This document shows positions 38,790 through 50,375 of a stretch of DNA of 64,000 nucleotides, piece by piece. Within the stretch, counting starts at the first letter, position 1, and each line of letters starts with the position of its first letter. This DNA comes from Pseudovirgaria hyperparasitica (lineage: Eukaryota), in NCBI GenBank assembly GCA_010093815.1, contig ML996571.1. One strand, 5' to 3'. The notes under the pieces are model-generated. The model searched no databases. It saw nothing but the letters and a program-made list of their open reading frames with translations, and was not told where the DNA came from. A program made the position numbers and the translations under genes.

Positions 38790-41279
38790 TGTGGATGATG
38801 TGAAGGCTTAAATTTGATTTTCAATGTGTATATTACGAGGAGTCTGAGAATTGAAAGGTTGGTCCGAAGAGGCCGTGTGTTGTTGACTGTACGAATGAAT
38901 TGAGGTTCGAGAGACTGAGCAAGAGAGAGCTGATATTAAGTTGGGTATACGGTCGCCAGCCAGTGACGATCGAATGGTGAATGATATTGAAGATTGATAT
39001 TGAAGTGATATGGAGGGCAGTTGGATTATGGCACCAGGCCTTTGAGTGGTAGTATTACGGGGGAATGGAGGAACTGAGAACAAAAACAAAGACGTAAAAA
39101 AGAGGAAACAAAAAACCCAATACCAGGCTCTCAAGATTGTGCAAGCTGCTGAAGAGGAAAGGAAAGGTCCCACGATGCGGCGGCGGAAGGCATACTTATG
39201 AGTGGTTCGGCGGTGCCAGGAAACGAGTTTTGCAGCTAGATGCGAAGTAGATGCTAGATGCCGGCAAGTAACCTGACATGGCCATGGCGTTGCTGCATAG
39301 GGCATGGCTAGCTGCAAAGCCGGGTCGAAGAGGATACAGCGGCATGGGTGTCTACACACAAAGGCTGGACAGCGACGGTGGACAGTGGATGGTGGATGTT
39401 GGATGGTGGGAGTCTGGAGGAGGAGGTCGGGCAGTGAATGGTGGATGGATTTGTGGTGGAGGTGTTTTGTTTTCTGCCAGCGCTTCATTCGTGCTTGTGA
39501 TTGGTCAGGACTGCATTGACGTGCAGTAGTCAGTAGCCGCTAAATCCAGTAGTCTACCCCCAGCGGACCAATGAAAAGCCGGCGTCAGACCGTCACGGCA
39601 GAAAAGGCGGGGCAGCCATATGCAACTCCATGCCCTCCATCACACGATTCCACACCCTCATGCCACTCGCTCAGACTGTCAAACACTGAAGAGAAAGTCA
39701 ATCAGTATGCAGCATCATCGGTAGTCTGCTATACTAGCCTATGTCAAGAGCAAGGCAATCAGATCATGCCCACAGGCCAACATCGATCGTGCAGGAGAAA
39801 GACGATCTATGACATGTAGAAGAAGCAAGTTTTCGACTAAGAGCCTCAACATCAACGTCCGGATCTCACTGGCATAGCAGAGATACGAGCCTGTGCCTCA
39901 TGTTGTGCCTCTGTCGAATCACCTGCGTACGAACCATCATAGTTTTGGTTCACTCATTCTCTGACCTTATTACTTTGTTTACGTTGTGCCGTTGTGGGCC
40001 CAAAGGGCTAGAGCGCAGCCATTTACATAGTAGACTAATGTCATGTATGTATTCTGCCTTCCTTGAGGCTTTTACGCCTCGTCCAGGAGTCCATCCAATC
40101 ATGGCATTGCTCAACGGTCATCTGGGATTGGCTGGGCGGCTACGTATTCTAAACCCCGCACACTGCGTGCTGCGGTGTAGAGTTGGAAGTTTGGAAGATA
40201 CCACCAGTAAAAAAGACACCGGTCACACCATCATGACCACCACCCTCGTCTATACAAGCCCAGCAGTAACACTAGATGCCATGATCTACAGAACTAGCTT
40301 GCTGTAACCTGTTTTATAGCGTATTATCCCAATGGCAGCGGCCACTATTCCTGAACCGCCACCTCTCCGCTGTGAGCGCCCGCACTATAAGATATAGTTC
40401 GATCAAAGATAGAAACACTGACTAACGTTTTTCAACCTTTCGGGTTTCTTCAAGGCACGTACAGTCCTCCAGCTGAAGTGCAGCCTATATTCGGTCCCCA
40501 CTAGTGCTCTTGCTCGTCGTCTACTCGGCGCTTCCTATTGGCTGTGCATTCCATCGCCGCCGGAGTCTGTCATCTCCCAGACCTGTCAAGAGCACAACAA
40601 CCATCGGCCTTCACCATCACCGCCTTTTCTCCGTCAGAATGCACCCTTGTCTCTCATCTTCGCTGCACCCTTCCCCTCGCTTATCGATAGAGGCCACCAA
40701 CAAATCTGCTAGCGTCCGCTAGCAGTCCGTCTGGTTTGACAGCGGGTTCGGTGTCGAAGCTAGAATATGACCTCCACGCCGGCGCTCCTTCAAGCTCCAT
40801 CGGCTGCATACCGTCATGAGCAATGGCCCAGGCGTATTGTACCAGTACTACATATGCCGCCTGTGCCGTCCAAGCGCTGACCGGTCTGCTCAGCTGCATG
40901 TGGAAACCCCAGATAGGTGGGTGCCTACGTTGTTATGGATATGGTGTCGTAATACTTTTGAGTTTATTGAATAGAATTGGCCTGGAGAAAGAAAAGTTAC
41001 GCGGCAGCTCTTCAGGATCGAGGATTGCAGCGAAGTGATCATATGCCTTCCCGATGAGGCTGTCATGAATCATCATCTGATGGTGATCTCGTGTTGTAAA
41101 AGATTGGTCCCAGTCTTGTTGACGTTGTGTATAATACCTTGAGTTCGAGTGTCGAAGTCTCAGACAACGCCTGAATGTTAAACTATCTCGCGCGCAGCTT
41201 TCGACACTTCTGTTTGCGCTGTCTTCACAACTACATGCTCAATTGATTCTAGCTGCTAAATTACTTGAGCATGACTACT

Positions 41280-42119
41280 TTAGTCTCTGTGGCATGCCCA
41301 CTCCTGGACGCGGCTTAACCACTCTTTGACCAGGGCTTCGAAGAGTATTCGTTCTGGTTCGTCCACAGGCAGAGCATGCGATCCTCGATCCAACACAACA
41401 TGTGTTGCTCTCGGATATGATCCGAGGAGCCGCAGACTATCTCTGTAACCGACATGCGTGTCTTGCCGGCCTGTCAGAATGAGGGCTGGTGCAGGGAACG
41501 GGGTGATCTCGAGAGGCGCAGTCAGAAGATACGCTTTGGGATCATTCCGAATCGTATGGAGGACTTTGATATCCGCCTGCTCTACTGCTGGATTTACTAT
41601 CGCCGCAATCTTGTTCAGCAGCGCTTGTATGTAGCCTGCCGTCTGGACGACGAGGAAATCGCCCATTGTAGTCTTGTCCTTCTCTGGGACCTTGCTCATT
41701 ACGTCTGCGTTGCTCAAGAGTGGTCGGAAGACATCAAGATCCCGCTTTTCGTTCTCGGGATCAGTAACAGGAACACGTAAGAGAAGACCATTGATTTGTG
41801 TCGTGTATCTCTGTGCAATAGCGCGCGCCAGATAGGAACCACACGATGCACCAACAACGAGGAATCTGGATGATCCGATTTGCGCGTCGACAAGGTCTGT
41901 GAGTCGAGCCCAGATGTCGTCTAAGTTCCTGATACCGTCGGCTGGCGTCGAGCCCATACCAGGAAGATCGACATAAATCCGTTTGTAGCCGTCGAGGGTA
42001 CTGAATATTGGCTCGTAGTCAAAGGCCTCTGAGGCGCCGTTCATTTCCCATCCGTGAATGAATAAGACTGGGATTCCATCACCGACTACAGTCGTTGACA
42101 GAGTGCTAGTGGCTTCCAT
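41280..42119 (-). CDS. Alpha/beta-fold hydrolase, intronless, bacterial-type
   Basis: Oxyanion FIHGW, RIYVDLPGMG, nucleophile GASCG, TGRQD (Asp) and LDRGSHAL (His). Confidence 0.88.
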   Translation of the reverse strand: MEATSTLSTTVVGDGIPVLFIHGWEMNGASEAFDYEPIFSTLDGYKRIYVDLPGMGSTPADGIRNLDDIWARLTDLVDAQIGSSRFLVVGASCGSYLARAIAQRYTTQINGLLLRVPVTDPENEKRDLDVFRPLLSNADVMSKVPEKDKTTMGDFLVVQTAGYIQALLNKIAAIVNPAVEQADIKVLHTIRNDPKAYLLTAPLEITPFPAPALILTGRQDTHVGYRDSLRLLGSYPRATHVVLDRGSHALPVDEPERILFEALVKEWLSRVQEWACHRD

Positions 42120-43678
42120 TGTCGTGACGATAAATGTAGGGCTCTGCCAGGTGCGACGACGCTGAGATTACTCCGCAAAGCAGTCAGGTGAATTGGTAAT
42201 CCATATACCACGAATATTACGCGCTAGCGGCTAGAACATTATTCTATCCCTCCTTGTATTGATTGTGAAGTGTCAGTGAAGCTTGCACTAGCTCTTACAG
42301 TACTGAGGATGGTTGCAAAGTATAGATCTTTGGGTACATTCCTGACTTGGGATCATTAGGATCATGGCACATGTGCGTTAGATTGAGACTGATCACAGGT
42401 GGATGAGACGGCGAAGAATAACATCAAATCTCTCAAGTCGCTGCGGGTGTGCTGCGTCCATTCTAGGTTTAGCGCATCCATACATTTGCCGCTAACTTGA
42501 CTCTACCTAGGTTAGGTACATCAAATTCACAAACTACACTGCAATAAGCTCCTCCAACACGAGCCAACACAGAGATAATAACGACTGGTCAATCCAATGG
42601 CGTTTTTGGATAGGAGACTTCCTCTTCTTAGAGTGTAATGAGTGCTACTTCTTAGCCTTGCGAAACCTAGTCGAAGGTAGAATTTCGATCATTGCGTAAG
42701 GCTTCGTTGAGTTTGGCATGAAACGGTCAAATCATGGAGGGAATCTGAAGGCTTGCTGAGGTCATTCTTAACACCAGAGAGAGGACGACATCGATCGACA
42801 AGTCATGCATGGAACTGTAAAGAACCAATTACGAGTCAATCATGCGAGCTGTGTCGCCCATCTGTCAATTGTTCTCATGGAATATCTCTTTCAGGTGACT
42901 ATCATTGCAGTGAACTGCCTCCTCTGTCATGATACATGATCGTGTCTTACATCGTTCTGTCATCAGTCAATGCTTCAGATGAGGAGGGACTCTTGGGTCC
43001 ACCACACTCCACAGGGCCCTTGTGCCTCAAACGATTTCCTCCTTATGCTAACCATGTGGTATACTCGCCAATAAGTACAGAGTTACGAACAAATTACTTG
43101 TAGAATACCTCAAGTGATAGGTTTCTGCATTCTGGACTCGTATGCATAGATGCATCTGTCATCCTGTCTAGCCCTACTAGCTATAGTGTCGGAGCTGTCT
43201 CAGGACGCCATCAATAAAAGTAATACTTCACAGATACCCGGGGCCCCCACTGACCCTAAGACCTCGCTCAAGTCCATATCAAACATTCTAAGAAGCACCC
43301 CGAACGGCGGAATGACCAGTAAGTTGGCTCAACTCATGTCAAATTATATTGCAACTACTAACGCTGATCGAGACTTTCAAATATTGATCATTCATCGTAT
43401 TTGGCTCCAACCTCGTCTCCTATGAATCTCTGTTCCTCACCGTACCTAAAGGTCTTTAGCGGGATTTCATATACCACCTGTGTGATGTGATCGTCTAAAT
43501 CTCTAGTCTATGTTGTTGTATATGGAAGTCTATATTATATGGGACCAGATGATCAGCCGCGCTAGCTTGGTTGCACGCGATATACACTGCAACTAACATG
43601 AAAGAAGTGTCCCACAAAATCTTGATATGGCTATCCGTGGTGATACAGCCGGGAGGAGTCAATCTATGTGACACATTT

Positions 43679-45092
43679 TTAAGCGCCAAGGACATCCCTG
43701 AATGTTTGAAGATTGCTTGTACTTCTGTCTGTTCTTTTGTTCATCTTCTGTAGTTCCTCCTGTCCTTGATGAAAGATGCCATTCTCGACGTAGCGACATC
43801 CGTCTTGCTCCAAGACCCTGATACCCGTGCTGCCCAGACCAAGCAAGGTGAGGACTTCCTCACCAACGTCTATAACATTACTAATCTTTCCCGGAAAGAC
43901 GTGAACAACTCCATCATATTGGAAAGCGAAACCACTTCGAAACTCGGTAGGGCATTTCGGTTTTGCCAAGACACCGCCATACCAGCCCTCGTACGTGAAA
44001 CGATCAGAGAATGCCGGCCAGAAGCGACGCATCTCAGCCTCTGCTGGAACGCGGGCCATAGCATCTACAAGAGCATCGTCGAGGTATTCATCGAGCAGCA
44101 ATCGCGCCTTCTGTGGGCACTCGAAGGAACCGAGAATCGTATATGCGCCGTGAGTAAGGATGTAGTCCTGTTGGGGCGCACCAGAATTTATATTAGAAAT
44201 GGCTGGCATGAGGCATGGGAACCAGCCGTCCATAAATATGAGTGACATTGGTTTCGTTGAGGTTGGAGCATTGTCTCGAAAGCGAAGGGCAAGACAGGCC
44301 TGGTAGATGAACTCAAAATCGAAAGACGAGTGTAACCAGCTATCTCTTGGCACGAGATCCTCAAATCCAGTACAGTTGACGACAACATCAGATACAAAGC
44401 TTTTGTTGAGTGATTGACCAAGATGGACTGTACGTATGTGTTTCGTGGCACTTGGTGTACCCTCTTGTTGAAGCTCATAATTTTCGACGGCGAGTACCTT
44501 AGTCTCTAGCACTACTTTTACGCCGAGTCGTTCGAATCGCTGCGCGAAGTAGCTTCGTACTTGTGAACCGATAGCTATGCTGGGCTCATCAAGATTGTAC
44601 GTACAGTGCGTATCAAGAAGTCCATAGTCCAATGGATCAACCGCTTGACAGTCAGGGTTCTCCTGACACACTTTCTCAAACTCTCTAGACGATGTTTTCG
44701 ACGCGAAACCATCAGATTCAATGGTGCCTAGAGCATAAAGGGAGTATTCATGATCCACAACGAGGTCTTTGTACTTTTGTCGAAACTTTTTAAAGCTGGT
44801 AACTGTTAGCTACTGCAACTCCAAGTTCGACCATTGAGGACACCGGCCTTTTCCTACAGTTTGCTCTCGTGTTTGAGGATCGTGGGTAATGCGGACCTAA
44901 ATTCGTCAGTCATTGACCCATACTCATCCCTTGTACACTAATACCTTTATGTAGTCGGATGCCAAACGACCCTGATGTACCTGCGAGGAGTTGACTACCT
45001 TGCTCCAGAAGCACGACTTCACAGCCTACAGCCGCTATCTCGCACGCCAGATGACAACCATTCCAACCAGCCCCAATAATAGTGACGAGCAT
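43679..45092 (-). CDS. FAD-dependent oxidoreductase (DAO-like Rossmann fold)
   Basis: N-terminal IIGAGWNG...VVLLE, RLHK|GPHYPRS across intron 44897-44944, a second intron near 44796-44850, DVVVNCTG and C-terminal FPGKI. Confidence 0.83.
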
Positions 45093-45481
45093 ATCCAGTG
45101 ATAATTGCACCTATGTGTAGCACTTTCCCTCGCTGCTTGTGCAATTTACGAGGAGTGATATTTCTGGCCATTGGAGTTGCGATATAAACGACATTAAGAG
45201 TGCACAACGAAACCATCAATGGCTTTATCAAGGGGCTGTGATGGATCGATACGCGTTTGTACTAGTCCAAGGCATTGGCTTTTGTCGATGCCGCTAAAGT
45301 CCACGTTTGATGAAGGCGGTATTTAGCGAGGGCGCTAGGGTCTCAACCAACATATAGGGCTTACGAAGCCTTTGTCACCAGGGAGATGTGTCGTGTACCA
45401 GGGGCTGATATCTGTATGAAGACTAATTAGTATTAAAGCGGGTCACCTTCATTAGAACTTCAACGCGCAGAGTGCAAACAG

Positions 45482-45482
<1 letters not shown>

Positions 45483-45520
<38 letters not shown>
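45483..45520 (+). repeat. (GAAA)9 microsatellite
   Basis: Nine perfect GAAA units ~45 bp upstream of the ATG at 45564. Confidence 0.95.
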
Positions 45521-45521
<1 letters not shown>

Positions 45522-45563
45522 TACTCTTGTAACTTGAATGTACAGTATTTTGATCAGTGAACC

Positions 45564-47237
45564 ATGCAGTCGAGTTTTGCAATATTATGGCTCCTAGGAA
45601 ACCTCTTTAGTGGATTCGCAAGCTCTTCCTCAGTAGACCCTTATCGTATCCACGAAGAACTGGGCCCACTGTTGTCAGCTAATGCTGCTATTTACACCCC
45701 TTCGTCCCCAGAGTGGCTGAATGTGACTGATCATATCGATCCGGGTATCATTCATCCTCAATATGTCGCCTCCGTCGTCGCAGGAGTCGAACAGGATGTG
45801 GAACTAGTGGTAGGACTAAGGAAAAGCTCGTCATCAATGGTTAACCATTTTCCAGATCAAGTTCGCCAATCACCATAACATACCATTTCTGGCACACAAT
45901 GGCGGGCATGGGTCTTGGAGTGACCTAAGCAATGTTCGTCACGGGATCCAGATTTACATACGAGCATTGAACACTATCGCGATCCATGAGGACAACACTG
46001 CTACCATCGGGGGTGGCGCATCAGTCCATGAGGTACTGAACGGTCTTGCCGCAGAGGGCAAACGAAGTGGTTGGTCGAGAAATTGCAATGCAATATGTAA
46101 CATGCTCACTTTCCTAGTACATGGCATATGTCCATGTGTCTCACTCCTCGGGCCAGCACTTGGTGGCGGTCACGGCATTCTGCAAGGTCGATATGGATTA
46201 GCGTGCGACCAGATCGTATCTGCAAATATCGTGCTCGCGAACGGTACAGCTGTTGTTGCAAGCAAAGATTCTCACCGAGAACTATACTGGGCAATGAGGG
46301 GTGCAGGACACAACTTTGGGATCGTCACATCTGTGCGATACCGGGTATATGACATCCCGCGCGATGCTCAATGGCAGCATACCCTGATTTACTTCAACAA
46401 AGACAAGCTTGAGGAGGCCTTGACAGTATCTAACAAACTCACTGATGCGCCTGGAAATCATCCCCCAGAGCTGATGGTGGAATGGGGTAACATCGCACAC
46501 GTGCCTTCACTCGACGCTGTAAACGTGCGAGGCTATCCTTCTTGCTGTCTGTACTTGACTGCTAATAAGATTCGTAGCCTGTTTTTCGACTGGACATCAT
46601 CTATGAAGGTACGTCTGAGGCTGCCGCTCCATTTTCTGAGAGATATGAGTCAATCGGTCCTTTGAGTATTCAGAAGGTCACGGAAACGGATTACACGAAA
46701 GTTCCAGGCCTCGTCGGATTCACACTCGAAGGATATTCTTGTATGCGGCGCTCGGACTCTATCATGGCGAGCGTCAGCCTACATAACTATAACGTTACGA
46801 CGATGAAGAAAGCATACGATATCTTCGCCAATCTCACCAGCATGCCAGAATTCAGTGGAGCTTATGGATTGCTTGAGTCCTACGCGACTGAAGGTGTCAA
46901 AGCAGTTGCAGCAGATAGCACGGCTGTATCTGGAGAAGAGCGACGTGCGAATATTCTATTGGGTTTTGAACTCATCCATAATACTTCTCGGTCCAACTTT
47001 GAGAGAGCCAATGCTACAGCAGCTGAGCTCACGGCGGTCTTCAAATCCGGACAAGATACGGAAAAGTATGGCCCGGTGGGAACATATCCGAACTATGCGC
47101 GAGGAGCGGAGAGTCCACAAGAATTGTATGGATTCGAGCCATGGCGATTGAGAAGATTGAGAGCTTTGAAGGCAGCCTATGATCCTTTCAATCGTTTTGG
47201 ATTTTATGCGTCTGTGCTGGAACCCGTAAGAGGATGA
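45564..47237 (+). CDS. Secreted BBE-like/AA7 FAD-linked oxidoreductase
   Basis: Signal peptide, NGGHG (His-FAD), GICPCVSLLGPALGGGHG (Cys-FAD), LYWAMRGAGHNFGIVTS and YPNYA...LYG...LKAAYDP. Three introns at about 45810-45856, 46070-46117 and 46525-46578. Confidence 0.9.
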
Positions 47238-48455
47238 GCGATTAGAGAGAGCATAGAGTGCCTTCAGCAGACGTCGATACTATAATATGCAGCTGTGAAA
47301 CGACAGCAACTTGTGCGGACAGGGTACATTCAGTGCAGCTCTTATTCATTAGTCCAACTTCCCTTGGGTTAGGGAAATCCCGTCATGAGGATACACCAGT
47401 CAACTTGTTTGTAGGCATACCTTTTCATAGCAACTAGTAATTCACAAAGCCTCTGAGTACCACAGCTGCAGCTTATCGAGAAATTCGAGGATTGCGCATG
47501 TAGGCTCCCTAAGCAGTCGAAGGCCACGTCAACACGATTTTGACTTTGCTTATATGGCTAGAGCACTAGTATTAGTATCGAGTCGGACATTGTCCTCTAC
47601 TGCCTTACGCCACAACCCTTGTCGTGCCATTTGATTGCGGTGTGGTAGGTAGCTCGAAAGTTTGTAGGCTCGCGCGAGCGGACATTCATCGCAGACGTAT
47701 ACGAAGCTGGCTAGAATTGCGATCGATACATTGCGCATCTGTAGCTAGACAGTGTGAGGGTATGTATAATTATAGGCGAGTAAGGAGCGCCAGAATGAAT
47801 ACAAGTGGTGGCACGATCCAGCGACAGGAGTTCAATAAAAGGCCACTCGGGTGTATCCGGACTACTCACCTGGGCAGTCCGCTCAACGCTCCGGGCAGGG
47901 CTGAGCCAGGGGAAGGTCTTGCCAAGCGGTCCGCGCAAACACCCTTCCCTTCCATTCATCCATCATGATGGATCTTCATTCCTGATCGTCCACATCCTCA
48001 TTTCACCACTACCACTGCAACCACCGGTGACAGGACTGATCGGCTAGACCTGTATCATAGACACAATCGTCAACATGACGTGCAATGTGATGTCATTAGA
48101 CGCGCGCGTCTCGAACCATGCCAATGATGTGACGCGCCTCATCGCAGTGGACACCGCTGATCTTTATGCTCAGAGATCGACGGTGGCCATCATTGTCACT
48201 GGGTTTTGCAATTTAACCTACATATGAGATTGAGCCCTCTGGTTGTTGAAGTATCATGTGTAGTTTTCACAACCATTTTCTTACAATAAGCTGGAGGTGG
48301 ATACATCATACATGTGAACAATATCCGCTTCTTTGCAACGCCGTTCGATGCATCCAGATCCTACCTCTTGGGGTATATACGTAAGCAAGCCTTTCTCAAC
48401 TCAACTCTCACAATCATTGCCATTCTTCATGCAGAACCTCAAGCACCGATACCAT

Positions 48456-50375
48456 CTACAAAGCGTGTCTGCCCCTGGTCTCTATTGGCAAGCACAGCAT
48501 CGCTACGAAAGCCGCAAGCATCAGACCCCCGCTAGCATAAATCGGCGCCTTCGGATTAGCCTCGCCCGCGTAAATAGCTACCAGCGGCGCACACAGTCCT
48601 GCAACACGGTTTAGGAAACTCGATATCCCGGTCCCAGTCCCGCGATTGGGAGCAGGAAAGACCTCAGGGGTGTAGGCATACAAGACGCCGTACATGATAT
48701 TCTGCCAGAAGGCCTCGAGTGAGGTAAATGCAAGTTGGAACTTGTTGTTGGACGAGACGGTAAAGAGGAAGATGAATATACCGGCGATGACGGTCGATAT
48801 GGCCATAGTACCTTTGCGGCCGATGTATCTCCAATTAACCGTATACAAGGCACATAAGCTTCCAGGAATTCCAACGGCCGAGGTAATGGCGTAGTCGCGA
48901 TAGATATTATTGACTGAGTTCTCTTGTTCGCCGCCGGCATTGGCGAGGTACTGCGGGAGGAATGCGTTGAATAAGGGATATCCCATGCCAATAGTTGCCC
49001 AGATGAACCAGAGAAGACATGTCGTCGTGGTAAGGCGCCAGCCATGGAACAGAGGACCGATGCGCTTGGTAGAAAATTTGCTAAGGTTGCGCTTGACAAT
49101 TTCTGAAGTGTTGAGAGCCTGAGCACCAACGACTTCGGGATCACCGCCAATGGCATTGAGAATCTCTTCCGTGAGCCACGTCTGGGTCTCATTGTGATGA
49201 GCGATGCCACGGATGACGGCGACGGCTTCGGTCTGACGCCCACGAGACAGCAAGAACTTCGGCGACTCAAAGAGATGGAAGAAGAAGAACCGGCAGACGA
49301 ACATTGCGAAAGTTATGGCTCCCAATGACAGGACTGTGTATCTCCAGCCCCATTTAACAGGGTAATTTGGGATAAATGCCCAAGCCACTGACGGCTATTA
49401 GCACAATATACGTACCGGGAATTGTAACTCACATATGCTGGATATGAATTGGCCAACCGGCCACCATGCTGACAGCGCTGTGAGGAGGCCACTCGAATCG
49501 TGTGGAAGAAATTCGAGAAACAACGCGCCATCAACAGGAAAGTTGCCGCCAATTCCAAGACCAACGCAAGCAAATAGACCACAAACACCAATCCAGTTTG
49601 GAGCACCCCCAGCGGCGAGTCCAAAAATACCGGCAATAGCGAGTGTGAAATTGAACGCCGGACGGCGTCCAATAACATCAGCTGCGATACCCCAAAAAGA
49701 TGCACCCAGACACAGGCCGACAAATAGTGCAAGAGTGGTAAAGCGTACATTGGTCTCGGAAACACCAAATTCTGCACTAAGCTGTGGGAGTGTAATGGCA
49801 ACGCCCTACTTCGTGCATTAATTTGGTGCTGATTAGTTCTCTTGATATCTCTCACCTGTAACCACAAGCTATCGAATGATTAGCTATGACTGGAATAATG
49901 ACTTTGTTGGCACGTACTTGTCCGCCATCCAACCCATCCCACACAACGTAAACAACTGCCACTGATACTTCCCCATTCCCATATCATTGAGAGCGCGATT
50001 GATCACCTTAGACTTGCCTATAAAGCGTCAGCTAAGCCACACGAGGGGAGTGGCAAGAAGCAGCTGGCTATCATGCAAGGAATCATGCGACCCACGATCG
50101 TAAGCGCTGTTGACGCCAAAGGCAGAAAGGTCGGCTTCGATTTCTGCTTTTAATATCTCAAGTGTCACTATGGTGCCATCACTCGATCCACTATCGCTAG
50201 ATCTTGTTGACTTCTCATCATACTTTCCAGTGATTTTGAGTTTCCTGGTGATACAGTCCAAGAAATTACTTTTCACGAACGGACGACGTGGTGTTTGCCC
50301 CAAATTCACCAAAGTTTCTGGGTACTCAGGCATGTCTTGCTTGCCAGAAAGATTGAAAGTGAAGATAGACGGCAT
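48456..50375 (-). CDS. MFS transporter (SV2/SVOP-like sugar-porter relative), multi-exon
   Basis: IGMGKYQWQLF, ADVIGRRPAFN, GGNFPVDGALFLEF, GWRY, ESPKFL, IGRKG, YTPEVFPAPNRGTG and PIETRG. Includes a 13-nt exon at 49856-49868. Confidence 0.92.

Noticed and set aside
38808..39488. 226-aa ORF upstream of esdC
   Set aside because: Low-complexity translation of pyrimidine-rich leader/promoter sequence.
43150..43425. 91-aa ORF with a weak signal-peptide-like start
   Set aside because: Short hydrophobic core interrupted by Glu; no Cys pattern or other support.
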